32,000 nt of DNA from Candidatus Electronema aureum (GCA_004284765.1 NQJD01000013.1:26415-58414), one strand, 5' to 3'. Counted from the stretch's first letter, positions 1 to 9,135 are shown. Notes: generated by a model from the sequence alone, not told the origin. Program-made: numbers and translations.

Positions 1-190
1 TTTGATCAGGACGAGTGATGTCAATCACTACATAACCGGTAAAGCTTCTGTTTAAATTGTCTCTGGTGCTGAAATAAATTTTGAATAATCTATCTTCCAC
101 ATTTTCAGCAACAGGAACGGCAGCATGTGACCTCATCCACTCAATATTACCTGACGGACAAAAAACATGGCCAAGTTTTTTCCATTTCAT
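1..190 (-). CDS. Partial CDS (first 63 codons; continues beyond the left window edge), hypothetical protein in a polysaccharide-type cluster
   Basis: Absent from the ORF track because there is no stop in the window. Manual minus-strand translation from the ATG at 188-190 gives MKWKKLGHVFCPSGNIEWMRSHAAVPVAENVEDRLFKIYFSTRDNLNRSFTGYVVIDITRPDQ, open to position 1. It starts 7 nt downstream of the acetyltransferase stop on the same strand. The N-terminus recalls beta-propeller glycosidase-like proteins of polysaccharide loci; this is from memory and unverified. Confidence 0.45.
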   Translation of the reverse strand, partial: MKWKKLGHVFCPSGNIEWMRSHAAVPVAENVEDRLFKIYFSTRDNLNRSFTGYVVIDITRPDQ

Positions 191-197
191 GGTATGT

Positions 198-863
198 TTA
201 TATTTTTCTCAATCTCGTACTCGGTACTTTTGAACGTTCAGTTGCTGTACTAATATATACACCTTCTGGTTCTGTATCAGCCAAGAGGAGCGCGTTAGCC
301 CCAATGACGCATCTATCTCCTACTTTGATGTGATCACGTAATGTTGCATTTACACCAATAAAACATTGTTCGCCAATTTCAACACCTCCAGAAATAACCA
401 CATGAGATGATATAAAATTATGATCCTTTATTACCGAGTGATGACCAATATGATTTCCGCTCCAGATAGTCACGTTGTTGCCGATAGTGACAAAAGGCTG
501 AATAGTATTGTCTTCTAATATAAAACAATTTTCTCCGATCATCCCCTGATTAAGAACTGTGGCTTTAGGGCTAATAAAATTAGCAAATTGATATCCTAAC
601 AATTTTGCTTTGATATATTTTTCTTTCCTTACAGCATTAAGTTTTGAATAACTTAATGCCACAAAAAAAGCGTGATCTGTCGGAGGATAGAACCTCAATA
701 CATCTTCAAACGCAACAACAGGAAGATCGCAAAATTTGTGTTCTTTTATATATTCTGCATCAACTACAAAAGCTACAGTTTGGCATTCTGAATCAGTGCT
801 GAAATAAAAATGAGCAATCTGGGCAATGTCTCCTGTGCCAAAAATAACAAGTTTTTTTTTCAT
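198..863 (-). CDS. Hexapeptide-repeat sugar acyltransferase (NeuD/PglD-like)
   Basis: ORF track 198..947(-). I trimmed the start to the ATG at 863 (MKKKLVIFGTGDIAQIAHFYF, a Rossmann-like N-domain) because it overlaps the upstream stop as ATGA (860-863). The C-terminal half shows left-handed beta-helix hexapeptide repeats (IGNNVTIWSGNHIGHHSVI, ISGGVEIGEQCFIGVNATL, VGDRCVIGANALL). Confidence 0.8.
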   Translation of the reverse strand: MKKKLVIFGTGDIAQIAHFYFSTDSECQTVAFVVDAEYIKEHKFCDLPVVAFEDVLRFYPPTDHAFFVALSYSKLNAVRKEKYIKAKLLGYQFANFISPKATVLNQGMIGENCFILEDNTIQPFVTIGNNVTIWSGNHIGHHSVIKDHNFISSHVVISGGVEIGEQCFIGVNATLRDHIKVGDRCVIGANALLLADTEPEGVYISTATERSKVPSTRLRKI

Positions 864-1495
864 AGTATTTTTTTCACAATAATTGTAAATTCGTAAAGAC
901 CGTAATCGTGTAACAAGGATACATTTTTTGAGTATAATCTCTTGCAACGATCAAACAGTACACAAGGATCAGCGTAATAAAGATAATCACGTTTTTTATC
1001 AGTATCAGAATATGATGTTAAGCAATTAAAGGCGAATCCAACGCGACTCGTTCGATGCAGGTCGTCTAAAACAGAATGAATGTAGTCGCTCCATTCAGCA
1101 TTCGTCTTTTCAAGACGGACATTAAAAATACCACTTGCCATTCCATAATCGGCATTTTGGTCAGGATGAGACGAGATAACAAACCTTACTTGCGATCCGC
1201 GCTGACAATGCCGCGTTGCGGCTTGAATCATCTCACGAGATACATCAATTCCAATATATAAAAATTCCTGATATCTACTTAGGAGGAAATGGTAAAATGC
1301 CCCATAGCCGCAACCAAGGTCATTCAAAGAAAAATTTGAATCTGTAACAATAAGTTTACAAAGTTGTTCAAAGCGGATCGTTTGACTTTCGTGTCCATTC
1401 CAATCGACACCTTGAGGCGTCTGTCCATGCTGCGCAAGTTTTTCTGCGTAATAAGCAGCAACATCATTAAGAAGATCAACTTTCTTTTCTTGCAT
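860..1495 (-). CDS. Class I SAM-dependent methyltransferase
   Basis: ORF track 860..1564(-), start trimmed to the ATG at 1495 ([16 protein letters not shown]). Motif I is LNDLGCGYGAF, followed by IGIDVS. Its stop overlaps the next start (ATGA), and its own start overlaps the upstream GT2 stop by 20 nt. Confidence 0.75.
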   Translation of the reverse strand: MQEKKVDLLNDVAAYYAEKLAQHGQTPQGVDWNGHESQTIRFEQLCKLIVTDSNFSLNDLGCGYGAFYHFLLSRYQEFLYIGIDVSREMIQAATRHCQRGSQVRFVISSHPDQNADYGMASGIFNVRLEKTNAEWSDYIHSVLDDLHRTSRVGFAFNCLTSYSDTDKKRDYLYYADPCVLFDRCKRLYSKNVSLLHDYGLYEFTIIVKKIL

Positions 1496-2405
1496 AAATT
1501 TCTCGCACGATGGTATAAGGCCGCTGCTTCGTTTCCGAAAAAATTTTTGAAAGGTAAATACCAATCACGCCAACAAAGGAAATTATCATGCCACCAAGCA
1601 ACCATATTGAAGCCATGATCGATGTCCATCCGCTCAACGGTTTAGCAAGAAATGCCAAATGCACAAGCAACCAAGTAATATAGCTTACAGCAAGAAAAGA
1701 AATAATAATTCCAATGTAAAAAATGATAATCAATGGAGCATTACTGAATGAAGTTACTGAGTTGACCAATAAAGCCATTTTTCTACGTAAAGTATATGTT
1801 GTTGCACTCTCACTGTACTTTTTTATAAAATGAGGTTGTTGATTAAAACCAGTGATTTGCCAGAGGCCTGCTATTAAAATTTCTCTTTCTTTATGGAGTA
1901 ATAAAGAATCAACGTAACGTCGTGTCATTAATCGTGCTGTAACGGCATTTTCAGGCAAAGAGAGTCCTGTTAGGATGTTAAATAAACTATAGAATAAACT
2001 TCCGCTCCAACGCTCAAACCATCCCCCTTTGCGCTGTTCTTGAACCCCATAAATCACATCGCAGCAATCTCTTTGCATCTGCATGGAAAAGCTGATTAGA
2101 TATTCTGGCTCTTCTTCAAGATCACTGTCGATTAAAAAAATTTGTTCCCCTTTAGCATAGGAAAGTCCTGTCATCATCGCTTTGTGATGGCCAAAATTAC
2201 GAGAAAGATCAACGAGAATAACGTGATGATCACGCACGGTAAGTTCTATGGCCAGCTCAAGACTCTTATCAGGCGAGCCGTCATTGACGAAAATAATTTC
2301 ATATTCTTCGTCAACGATCTGGCGGGCCACTGCACTTGCCCGTTCATGGAATTCTTGAATATACGGGGCAGATTGATAGAGAGTTGTGACAATAGAAAGC
2401 TTCAT
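1476..2405 (-). CDS. Family 2 glycosyltransferase with C-terminal membrane helices (ArnC/GtrB-like polyprenyl-phosphate glycosyltransferase architecture)
   Basis: ORF track 1476..2447(-), start trimmed to the ATG at 2405 ([16 protein letters not shown]), which overlaps the WbqC stop as ATGA (2402-2405). GT-A signatures are FVNDGSPD and DSDLEEEP (DXD). There are two C-terminal hydrophobic helices ([25 protein letters not shown]; [26 protein letters not shown]). Confidence 0.8.
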   Translation of the reverse strand: MKLSIVTTLYQSAPYIQEFHERASAVARQIVDEEYEIIFVNDGSPDKSLELAIELTVRDHHVILVDLSRNFGHHKAMMTGLSYAKGEQIFLIDSDLEEEPEYLISFSMQMQRDCCDVIYGVQEQRKGGWFERWSGSLFYSLFNILTGLSLPENAVTARLMTRRYVDSLLLHKEREILIAGLWQITGFNQQPHFIKKYSESATTYTLRRKMALLVNSVTSFSNAPLIIIFYIGIIISFLAVSYITWLLVHLAFLAKPLSGWTSIMASIWLLGGMIISFVGVIGIYLSKIFSETKQRPYTIVREIYARKES

Positions 2406-3097
2406 GGAAGAATATGTTTCATATAATGACATGCTTCTTTGCCACAATTAAACAAAAGATCAAGAATCGTTACGCCATGCTTGAAATTTCCCCAAAGTTG
2501 TGTATATTCAGGGTAGCCTGCATAATCAAACCATGTCAATTTGATGTTCATATCACGGAACACCTGTTCTTCGATATAATTTTTAGCAGCTGGGCCTGAA
2601 ATATATTCAGTGCCGCCTGCCTGCACACAAAGATCAGCTAACCGTTCAGTTTTACTGTTGATCAAATTGTAATCACTTGAATGAGTGATAGCAGTTTTGA
2701 TCCCCAAGTAATGACAAATAGCTTTAATAAATTTTCGATTAAGTTCGGATAGACCACTATATGACTCGCCAAGATACAGCGGCTCAAGCCATTCAGCAAT
2801 TTCGCTAAAATGTTCTGCCCGACGATAGTTCATCATTAATTTTTTCCAATGATCTACAGCCCAGTCAGTTCCATCAATTTCAGTTTCATTTATTTTCTGA
2901 TAAAATTTACCTTTTACTATAACTGGAACTGTCATCCATTGGACACCTTGTGGTGTTTTAATTTGATTTCTATTTCGCCAGTCTCTTCGGGTAAACTGCA
3001 TGTCGTCATAAAGAATAAATTCATCAACAGCGGCAATTATATCAAAGTAGCCCTTCCAAGGAATATAATTTGATTGAATAATAGCTATTTTTTTCAT
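2402..3097 (-). CDS. WbqC-like family protein (unknown function, typical of O-antigen loci)
   Basis: ORF track 2402..3118(-), start trimmed to the ATG at 3097 ([48 protein letters not shown]). I recognise the [13 protein letters not shown] and RRDWRNRN motifs as the WbqC family signature (recollection). Confidence 0.7.
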   Translation of the reverse strand: MKKIAIIQSNYIPWKGYFDIIAAVDEFILYDDMQFTRRDWRNRNQIKTPQGVQWMTVPVIVKGKFYQKINETEIDGTDWAVDHWKKLMMNYRRAEHFSEIAEWLEPLYLGESYSGLSELNRKFIKAICHYLGIKTAITHSSDYNLINSKTERLADLCVQAGGTEYISGPAAKNYIEEQVFRDMNIKLTWFDYAGYPEYTQLWGNFKHGVTILDLLFNCGKEACHYMKHILP

Positions 3098-3252
3098 ATA
3101 TTTTTTGTTGCAACGCATCGTATATGATACCGATACTGTTTGTGATAAAGTAGCTCACGTCGCGAATATTCCTCTTCAGTCCTTCTTGCGCTGTCAGCGA
3201 CAGAATTGAGGGGTAAAATTACCATGTTTCCTTCTTTGCTCCCAGTAAATAA

Positions 3253-4065
3253 ATGAACCTTGCTATAAAAAACGCCTTAGTGCTGGGTGCGAGCCGAGGC
3301 ATTGGCCGGGCAATTGCCCGCAGATTGACCGCTGAAGGAGCGCAACTGATCTTGCCTTGGTTTGATTGGCCTGAATCCGTGCAGGAAATGGAAGAGGAAT
3401 TCAGCGGACACCTTACCTTGCAGGCTGATCTGCGTGATGCGGAGAGCGTGCAGGCAATGAGTCGGCGTATCGCGAACGAATACGGTACGCTCCATGTCCT
3501 GATCAACAACATTGAGCGTGGCGGTATGCCGGTGGTTCATGGCAGCTATCGCCGCCCAGTCAATCGCGAGCAGTGGCAGCTGGAACTCGACACTACGCTA
3601 CACGCCAAGTGGTTGGTTTTTGATGCCTGCCTGCCCTTGCTGCGGCAGGCCAAGCAGGCGGCAGTGGTCAATATCTCCTCAGTGGCAGCGATCACCGGAC
3701 GTTCTGGCCCAGCTGGTCTACTCTTCAGCGACGGCTATACTGCCGCAAATCGAGGTATCAGTTCGTTCACCGAAACGTGGGCGCGGATAGCTGCGCCAAG
3801 CATTCGGGTCAACGAGCTGATGCTCGGCTTGATCGACAGCCGCCACGGGCCAAGCACTAAGGGATGGTCTTTATTAAAGGAAGCGGAACGAGAGGCACTG
3901 CTGCGGCACACTCTGCTGGGGCGCACTGGTAGCCCAGAAGAGGTAGCGGAAGCCGCGCTTTTTCTGCTGAGGGCAGATTATATGACCGGCGCGACGCTTC
4001 GGTTAGATGGCGGCTTTGTCTTGGGTGGGGAAAAGGTGCCAGAGATGCCGGACGGGGTAATCTGA
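3253..4065 (+). CDS. Short-chain dehydrogenase/reductase family protein, atypical active site
   Basis: ORF 3253..4065(+). Dinucleotide motif LVLGASRGIGRAIARRL and Ser region NISSVAA are present. The expected catalytic YxxxK reads YTAAN (no Lys), and NNAG reads NNIERGG. Confidence 0.75.
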   Translation: MNLAIKNALVLGASRGIGRAIARRLTAEGAQLILPWFDWPESVQEMEEEFSGHLTLQADLRDAESVQAMSRRIANEYGTLHVLINNIERGGMPVVHGSYRRPVNREQWQLELDTTLHAKWLVFDACLPLLRQAKQAAVVNISSVAAITGRSGPAGLLFSDGYTAANRGISSFTETWARIAAPSIRVNELMLGLIDSRHGPSTKGWSLLKEAEREALLRHTLLGRTGSPEEVAEAALFLLRADYMTGATLRLDGGFVLGGEKVPEMPDGVI

Positions 4066-4068
4066 GGC

Positions 4069-5511
4069 TCAGACAAAGTCGATGCTCACTGGGCAGTGGT
4101 CGGAGCCGTGGATATCATCGTGAATTTCGGCGGCCCGGACTCGGTTTCGGCTGCGTTCGTCCACGACGAAATAATCGATCCGCCAGCCCACATTGCGCTG
4201 CCGAGCAGCGGTGCGGTAGCTCCACCAGCTGTAGCGTTCCGGCTCGGCATGAAAGAGGCGGAAGGTATCGAGATAGCCTGCTTGGACTAACTCATCCATC
4301 CAAGCTCGCTCCTCAGGAGAGAAGCCGGGACTCTGCACATTTGCTTTGGGATTGGCAAGATCGATTTCCTTGTGCGCTACATTCAAATCGCCGCACAGCA
4401 GCACTGACTTTTCCACTGCCAACTGGTTCAAATGATCCAGCATCGCTCGGTTGAATGCCTGCTTAAAGGCCAAGCGTTTCAGGCCGTCTTGGGTATTAGG
4501 AAAATAGGCGGCGACTAAGTAAAAATCAGCAAATTCAAGGGTCAGCACCCGGCCTTCGCAGTCGAATTCTTCATGTCCCAAGCCGTAACGCACCCGCAAC
4601 GGTTCTTTGCGGCTGAATACCGCCACTCCAGAGTAACCCTTTTTCTTAGCCGGATGCCACCAGACCTGATAGCCGGGGATGCTCCGGGCGGCTTCGGGCA
4701 ATTGCTCTGGCAGGGCTTTGATCTCCTGCAAAGCAATGATGTCGGCGTTCAGCTTACTCATGCTATCAAGAAAGCCTTTGTCCATCACCGCCCGCAACCC
4801 GTTGACATTCCAAGATACCAAGCGCAGGACTGGGCATGGAAACTGCTCCTTGCCTGCCGTCTTGCGCGGCTGTACACCGAGCTGCGGACAATAGGCAGCA
4901 ATCACGCAGCGGTTGCAGTGCGGAGCGCGAGGTTTACAAGTGCCTTGGCCGAACGCCACCAGCAAAGAGTTAATGCGGAGCCAGTGCTGCTGCGGCAGTT
5001 TGGCCCGCAGAGCGGTCTCGGTCTCTGCGGGACTGCGGGTCTGCACATAGCCCCAGATGTTCATGATCCGATGTACGTGGGTGTCAACGCAGATAGCAGG
5101 CTTGCTGAACGCCACCGCCATGACTAAGTTGGCGGTTTTACGACCTACGCCCGGTAGCCGGAGCAGTTCCTCGATGGTCTCTGGCACCTGCCCAGCAAAG
5201 TCACGGCGGAGAACTTCAGGCAATGCGGCAAGGTAGCGGGCTTTACTGCGAAAGAAGCCCACGGGATAGATCAGCTTTTCCAATTCCGCAACTGAAAGTC
5301 GGGCAAGAGCCTCAGCGTTTTCTGCCTGAGCAAAGAGCCGCCGAGCTGCCCCCGCCGTGACTTCGTCTTTAGTGCGAGCGGAAAGAATGGTTGCGGTCAA
5401 GACTTTGAAGGGGTCGTTCGTCTGGGCGGCAATCAAGTCAACCACCGGCACTTGGTATCCAGCAATCTCCTTGTTTAGCAGGGCAACAACAGTATCGATG
5501 GGAAAAGTCAT
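4069..5511 (-). CDS. Fusion protein: endonuclease III (Nth, HhH-GPD + 4Fe-4S loop) N-terminal half and exodeoxyribonuclease III (Xth/ExoIII AP endonuclease) C-terminal half
   Basis: Single 480-aa ORF. In aa 1-208: the HhH motif LPGVGRKTANLVM with the catalytic Lys, VDTHVHR with the Asp, and the FeS loop CKPRAPHCNRCVIAAYC (C-x6-C-x2-C-x5-C). In aa 228-480: LVSWNVNGLRA, IALQEIK, GDLNVAH, WRIDYFVVD and GSDHCPVSIDF, a complete ExoIII catalytic set. Confidence 0.85.
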   Translation of the reverse strand: MTFPIDTVVALLNKEIAGYQVPVVDLIAAQTNDPFKVLTATILSARTKDEVTAGAARRLFAQAENAEALARLSVAELEKLIYPVGFFRSKARYLAALPEVLRRDFAGQVPETIEELLRLPGVGRKTANLVMAVAFSKPAICVDTHVHRIMNIWGYVQTRSPAETETALRAKLPQQHWLRINSLLVAFGQGTCKPRAPHCNRCVIAAYCPQLGVQPRKTAGKEQFPCPVLRLVSWNVNGLRAVMDKGFLDSMSKLNADIIALQEIKALPEQLPEAARSIPGYQVWWHPAKKKGYSGVAVFSRKEPLRVRYGLGHEEFDCEGRVLTLEFADFYLVAAYFPNTQDGLKRLAFKQAFNRAMLDHLNQLAVEKSVLLCGDLNVAHKEIDLANPKANVQSPGFSPEERAWMDELVQAGYLDTFRLFHAEPERYSWWSYRTAARQRNVGWRIDYFVVDERSRNRVRAAEIHDDIHGSDHCPVSIDFV

Positions 5512-5531
5512 GGTTCGCGCTTATCAAACAC

Positions 5532-8015
5532 TCAAATGGAAACCGCTTTAGATCGTCTCCGCAAGAGTCGTAATGCGTACTGACTGCAAAGAATCAGTCC
5601 GAAACCAGCAATCACCAAGAAAAACAACTCAGATAAACCGATATGAAGTGCTATCCAGGCGACACCGATCACCGGTAAAAGTAGCATTCTCACGGCAAAG
5701 CGCAAGGTATTATGCTGACTGATGACATCAGCAATCGATGGAGAATGCTGATAATAAAAATTGATTAAAGAACGGCTGACTGCGTTACCGGACATGAATT
5801 GATCTCGGAAATCGCGAAGTATCTGTACCGCAGGATCGAAGACCGAACCAAAAGCGGCGGTTGCGATAAAGCAAGAATCAGCTGTTCTGAAGCTCACTTG
5901 GTTGCCATAATAGGTTGTGCCGCCGCTGACTGCATAGGCGCGTGCATAAAAGAAGGTGCCGGGCTTCAGATTTTTCAGCTTACTGCTGAATGCGCCACTG
6001 CCGCTGCCTGCGCTCGTGTTTCCTTCTTCGAGAAATTTGGTTTCGCTGGTAGTAGCTGTTGCATCAGCTGTGGTACTATCTGCGGCGATGGCTGTACCTA
6101 CGAAGAAATTGCCGACATTCTTCAGTGCATTGTTTACCATTTTCTCATAATCTACAAATAGCTGATAAGAATACGTAGGATCGGTTGCGGTGATAGTTAC
6201 GGCAAAAGAAATAATACCATCTGTTGTGTTCACCGCTCCGCTGGCCGTATTCTTGCAGCGAACGTAGTATTTTTTTTCTCCATCTTGCAAGTTGGTGACA
6301 AGCTGTGAATGTTCCTTTGCTCCCGTCGTGGCGAATGTGCTTGCCATTTGATCGTAATCCTTGTTCGGCGTGATATTATCATACTTACAGGTCGCGTTCA
6401 CATCCGTTGACAGGCTCAAGGTCGCATAGGCCGTGCTGATATCGCCGTTGCTGGGGGACAGATTTGACATCACCGGAGCATTATTGCTTGTGTTACTGTT
6501 TGATGAAGATGATGACGAGCTGCTTGCTGAAGATGTCAGCACGGGATTAGGCATCGTACCAAAGACAAGGCCCCGTTGGGTGACATTGCTCAGGCCGTTA
6601 AGCACCTCAGCCGGAATAATAACCGTGGTTCTGGTCAATTCATACGGCGTACCAGTTAGGATATACTGATTGCCTGTATTCACATCACTCAACGTATTGA
6701 TACCTAATACATTATTGGCAGTCGTGCTGCTGTTTGCTGCTATTGCCGTCGTGTATTTGCTCACTGCTGCTGCACTGGAACCCGCAGCTGCCTTGCTCTC
6801 GCCCACTGCCACTACGCTATTCTCAGAAACTGCGGCCAGCGCGGTTGAAGTGTCTTTGCCGCCGCTGAAACCAGTGGTCACGACAGCGGAAGTAGTAAAT
6901 TGCGCGGAGTTTTCCTGCGCCGCACCCGTATCTTTGCTGTAGGTGATGAGAAGAAACTCGCGCTGCTGATCAACGGTTTTGAACCCAGCAGCTACAATTG
7001 TTTCATCGATAACAACAACATCATACAGCACATCATCTTGAGTTCCGACAGCAGTGGCTAATACGCCTAAGTCGCTGTCCGGGCGGCCTTCAGCAGTGAA
7101 GCGGAACAGAGCCGCGTCGCGTTTGTTTTCCTTGCCGACTGAACCAGCCACCAAGATACCGCCATCCTTGTTGACAAACATGCCATAGCCTTCGCTGAAC
7201 ACGCTACTGTCCGGGGGGATGGCAATGCCGTTGTCGCCGAATTCTTTATCTAATTGCCCAGCGGCATCAAAGCCCAGCACCATCAGGCCGCGCCGCTGTC
7301 CGTCGCTGTAGGAGCCGGACACAAGAATGCGCCCGCTCTCGGTCAGGGCCACGCTTTCCGCTTGGGCATCCACACCCACCACGCTGAGAGAGAAGCCTTC
7401 TTTGGCAAAAGATAGGTCGGGTGTGCCGTTAGCCAAATACCGCCCCAGCACCACCACCCTGCCGTTTACCCCTTGGGCGACACCGGCGATGACAATGCTG
7501 CCGTCTTCTTGCACAATCATGTCGGTGATTTCGTCATGACTGCTACCCACTGCTGTGACCGCTATGCCTTCCGCGCCGAAACTGTGGTCTAAGGTGCCGT
7601 CGCTGTTGTAGCGCACTAAAGCGAAATCGCGGTTTTTGTTGCTGCTGTAGCCTCCAGCAAGGATTTTGCCGTCCGGTTGAAGGGCAAGAGTCAAGGCTTC
7701 ATCATCAAAGGAGCCAACAGCAGTGGTGACAGTGCCGTCAGAGTTGAACGCAGGATCAATGGAGCCGTCCGGCAAAAGGCGAAAAAGCATGAAATCCTTG
7801 TCCGCTGTTGTGCTGGATGATGAACCCGCAGCAACAATCTTGCCGTCTGGCTGGACAATGACCGCGTTGGCACGGCTTCCGTACACGCCCAGTTCCACTG
7901 CTACCCGGCCATTAAGGCCGAAATTGACATCAAGAGCGGCGGCGGATGCCTCGGAATAAAAGGCGGCGAGCAGGGCAGTACCAAGGGCAAGCAAACGGAT
8001 GGGATGGATATTCAT
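5532..8015 (-). CDS. Secreted delta-60-repeat (beta-propeller-like) surface protein with Ser-rich linker and C-terminal CFIATAAFGS membrane-anchor domain
   Basis: ORF track 5532..8024(-, TTG). The ATG at 8015 gives MNIHPIRLLALGTALLAAFYSEASAAA, a signal peptide. About six repeats of roughly 55 aa match the pattern DGKI(V/L)xxG....DFxLxRYxxDGxLDxxFG. A poly-Ser/Asn tract follows (SSASSSSSSSSNSNTSNN). The last 113 aa begin CFIATAAFGSVFDPAVQILRDFRDQF and end with two hydrophobic helices and RRRSK. Confidence 0.8.
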   Translation of the reverse strand: MNIHPIRLLALGTALLAAFYSEASAAALDVNFGLNGRVAVELGVYGSRANAVIVQPDGKIVAAGSSSSTTADKDFMLFRLLPDGSIDPAFNSDGTVTTAVGSFDDEALTLALQPDGKILAGGYSSNKNRDFALVRYNSDGTLDHSFGAEGIAVTAVGSSHDEITDMIVQEDGSIVIAGVAQGVNGRVVVLGRYLANGTPDLSFAKEGFSLSVVGVDAQAESVALTESGRILVSGSYSDGQRRGLMVLGFDAAGQLDKEFGDNGIAIPPDSSVFSEGYGMFVNKDGGILVAGSVGKENKRDAALFRFTAEGRPDSDLGVLATAVGTQDDVLYDVVVIDETIVAAGFKTVDQQREFLLITYSKDTGAAQENSAQFTTSAVVTTGFSGGKDTSTALAAVSENSVVAVGESKAAAGSSAAAVSKYTTAIAANSSTTANNVLGINTLSDVNTGNQYILTGTPYELTRTTVIIPAEVLNGLSNVTQRGLVFGTMPNPVLTSSASSSSSSSSNSNTSNNAPVMSNLSPSNGDISTAYATLSLSTDVNATCKYDNITPNKDYDQMASTFATTGAKEHSQLVTNLQDGEKKYYVRCKNTASGAVNTTDGIISFAVTITATDPTYSYQLFVDYEKMVNNALKNVGNFFVGTAIAADSTTADATATTSETKFLEEGNTSAGSGSGAFSSKLKNLKPGTFFYARAYAVSGGTTYYGNQVSFRTADSCFIATAAFGSVFDPAVQILRDFRDQFMSGNAVSRSLINFYYQHSPSIADVISQHNTLRFAVRMLLLPVIGVAWIALHIGLSELFFLVIAGFGLILCSQYALRLLRRRSKAVSI

Positions 8016-8109
8016 AATCAGCAAATCCTGAAGGTGAAGAACGGAGGAAATTTTGTCATCTTACCATAGCTGATTCAGCAGAAAATGACAAGTCCTTGTT
8101 GCGGCAGCT

Positions 8110-9135
8110 TTATTTGCCAAAACTACAAACTGGGTACTGGCAGAATTTACAATTTCGGCAAAGGCCACCGTGGCCCATTGCAGCGAAGTCTTCCCGACTG
8201 AGGCGTTCTCCTGCCAGAATGCGTGGCAGTACCAAATCAAAGACGGTAATTTTATGAAACATGCCGCAGGCAGGCAAACCGACCACCGACACCGTGCCGA
8301 TTCTGCCGACCAAAAACATAGCACCAGGCAGCACGGGGGTGCCGTAAACGATGTCCTTAGCCCCAGCCTCGCGAATACCGGCGCGGGTGACATCATCAGG
8401 ATCGACCGACATGCCGCCGGAGGTGATGACTAACTCCGCACCGACAGCGATACATTGGCTGATTTGCTCGGCAATTAAACCAGCATCATCTGGCGCGAAA
8501 CCCACCCGCACCACCTCTGAGCCGAGGACCGTGAGTTTGCCGCGCAGCACGGCCTCGAATTTATCTTCAATTCTGCCGTGAAAAACCTCGCTGCCAGTGA
8601 TGACTATCCCGGCCTTGACCATAGGCAAGGACAGCACTCGGACGATCTTTTCACCTGCGTTAGCAATTTCGACTGCCTGCGCAATTAAGCTTCGGTCGCC
8701 AACCAAGGGAATCAAGCGAACAGCTGCTACTTGCTCGCCTTTTTTCACCGGCGTATTGTCATGCAAGGTGGAACACATCACTTCGCCGAGCAAATTGAAG
8801 CGGAACGAAGCTTCTTTATCAATTTTTAGCAGGCCATCATGGGCAGCAAGAATGCTCACCTTGCCTTCATGTACGTCATCAGAGTATTCCACGCCGCTGC
8901 CCGCCAAAGCCGCAGCCATCAATAGTGCTGCTTCGTTTTCATGAATTTCCTCAGCTGCAAGCTCAAGGACGTAAATATGCTCCTTTCCTAAGCTGCGCAG
9001 GCGGTCAATATCTTCCTGGCGGACAATATGTCCTTTTTTAAAAGCTCGTCCTTTGAATTTGTCTTGAACAATTTCAGTGATGTCATGAGGCAGAACCATG
9101 CCCACGGCTTGATCAACAGGGATACACTTTTTCAT
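8110..9135 (-). CDS. Molybdopterin-binding (MoCF-biosynthesis domain) protein, MoeA-related but shorter
   Basis: ORF 8110..9135(-). MoaB/MogA-type domain motifs are GIVITGSEVF, ELVITSGGMSVDPDDVTRAGI and PGAMFLVG. The tail is Cys-rich (CRNCKFCQYPVC). At 341 aa it is shorter than canonical MoeA (about 400 aa). Confidence 0.65.
   Translation of the reverse strand: MKKCIPVDQAVGMVLPHDITEIVQDKFKGRAFKKGHIVRQEDIDRLRSLGKEHIYVLELAAEEIHENEAALLMAAALAGSGVEYSDDVHEGKVSILAAHDGLLKIDKEASFRFNLLGEVMCSTLHDNTPVKKGEQVAAVRLIPLVGDRSLIAQAVEIANAGEKIVRVLSLPMVKAGIVITGSEVFHGRIEDKFEAVLRGKLTVLGSEVVRVGFAPDDAGLIAEQISQCIAVGAELVITSGGMSVDPDDVTRAGIREAGAKDIVYGTPVLPGAMFLVGRIGTVSVVGLPACGMFHKITVFDLVLPRILAGERLSREDFAAMGHGGLCRNCKFCQYPVCSFGK

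Noticed and set aside
198-3118. The longest-ORF starts given in the track for four genes (947, 1564, 2447, 3118).
   Set aside because: Internal ATGs at 863, 1495, 2405 and 3097 give canonical family N-termini ([31 protein letters not shown]). They also create stop/start overlaps typical of coupled operons. The upstream extensions lie inside the preceding gene.
4063-4071. Convergent SDR and nth-xth stop codons only 3 nt apart, with no room for terminators.
   Set aside because: This is real but unremarkable on its own. Tightly convergent gene ends are common, and no structure or motif is present to interpret.
6469-6540. A nucleotide-level low-complexity run (tga/aga-rich) suggestive of a microsatellite.
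   Set aside because: It is the coding sequence on the minus strand for the poly-Ser/Asn stalk of the delta-60 protein. It is not an independent non-coding repeat.
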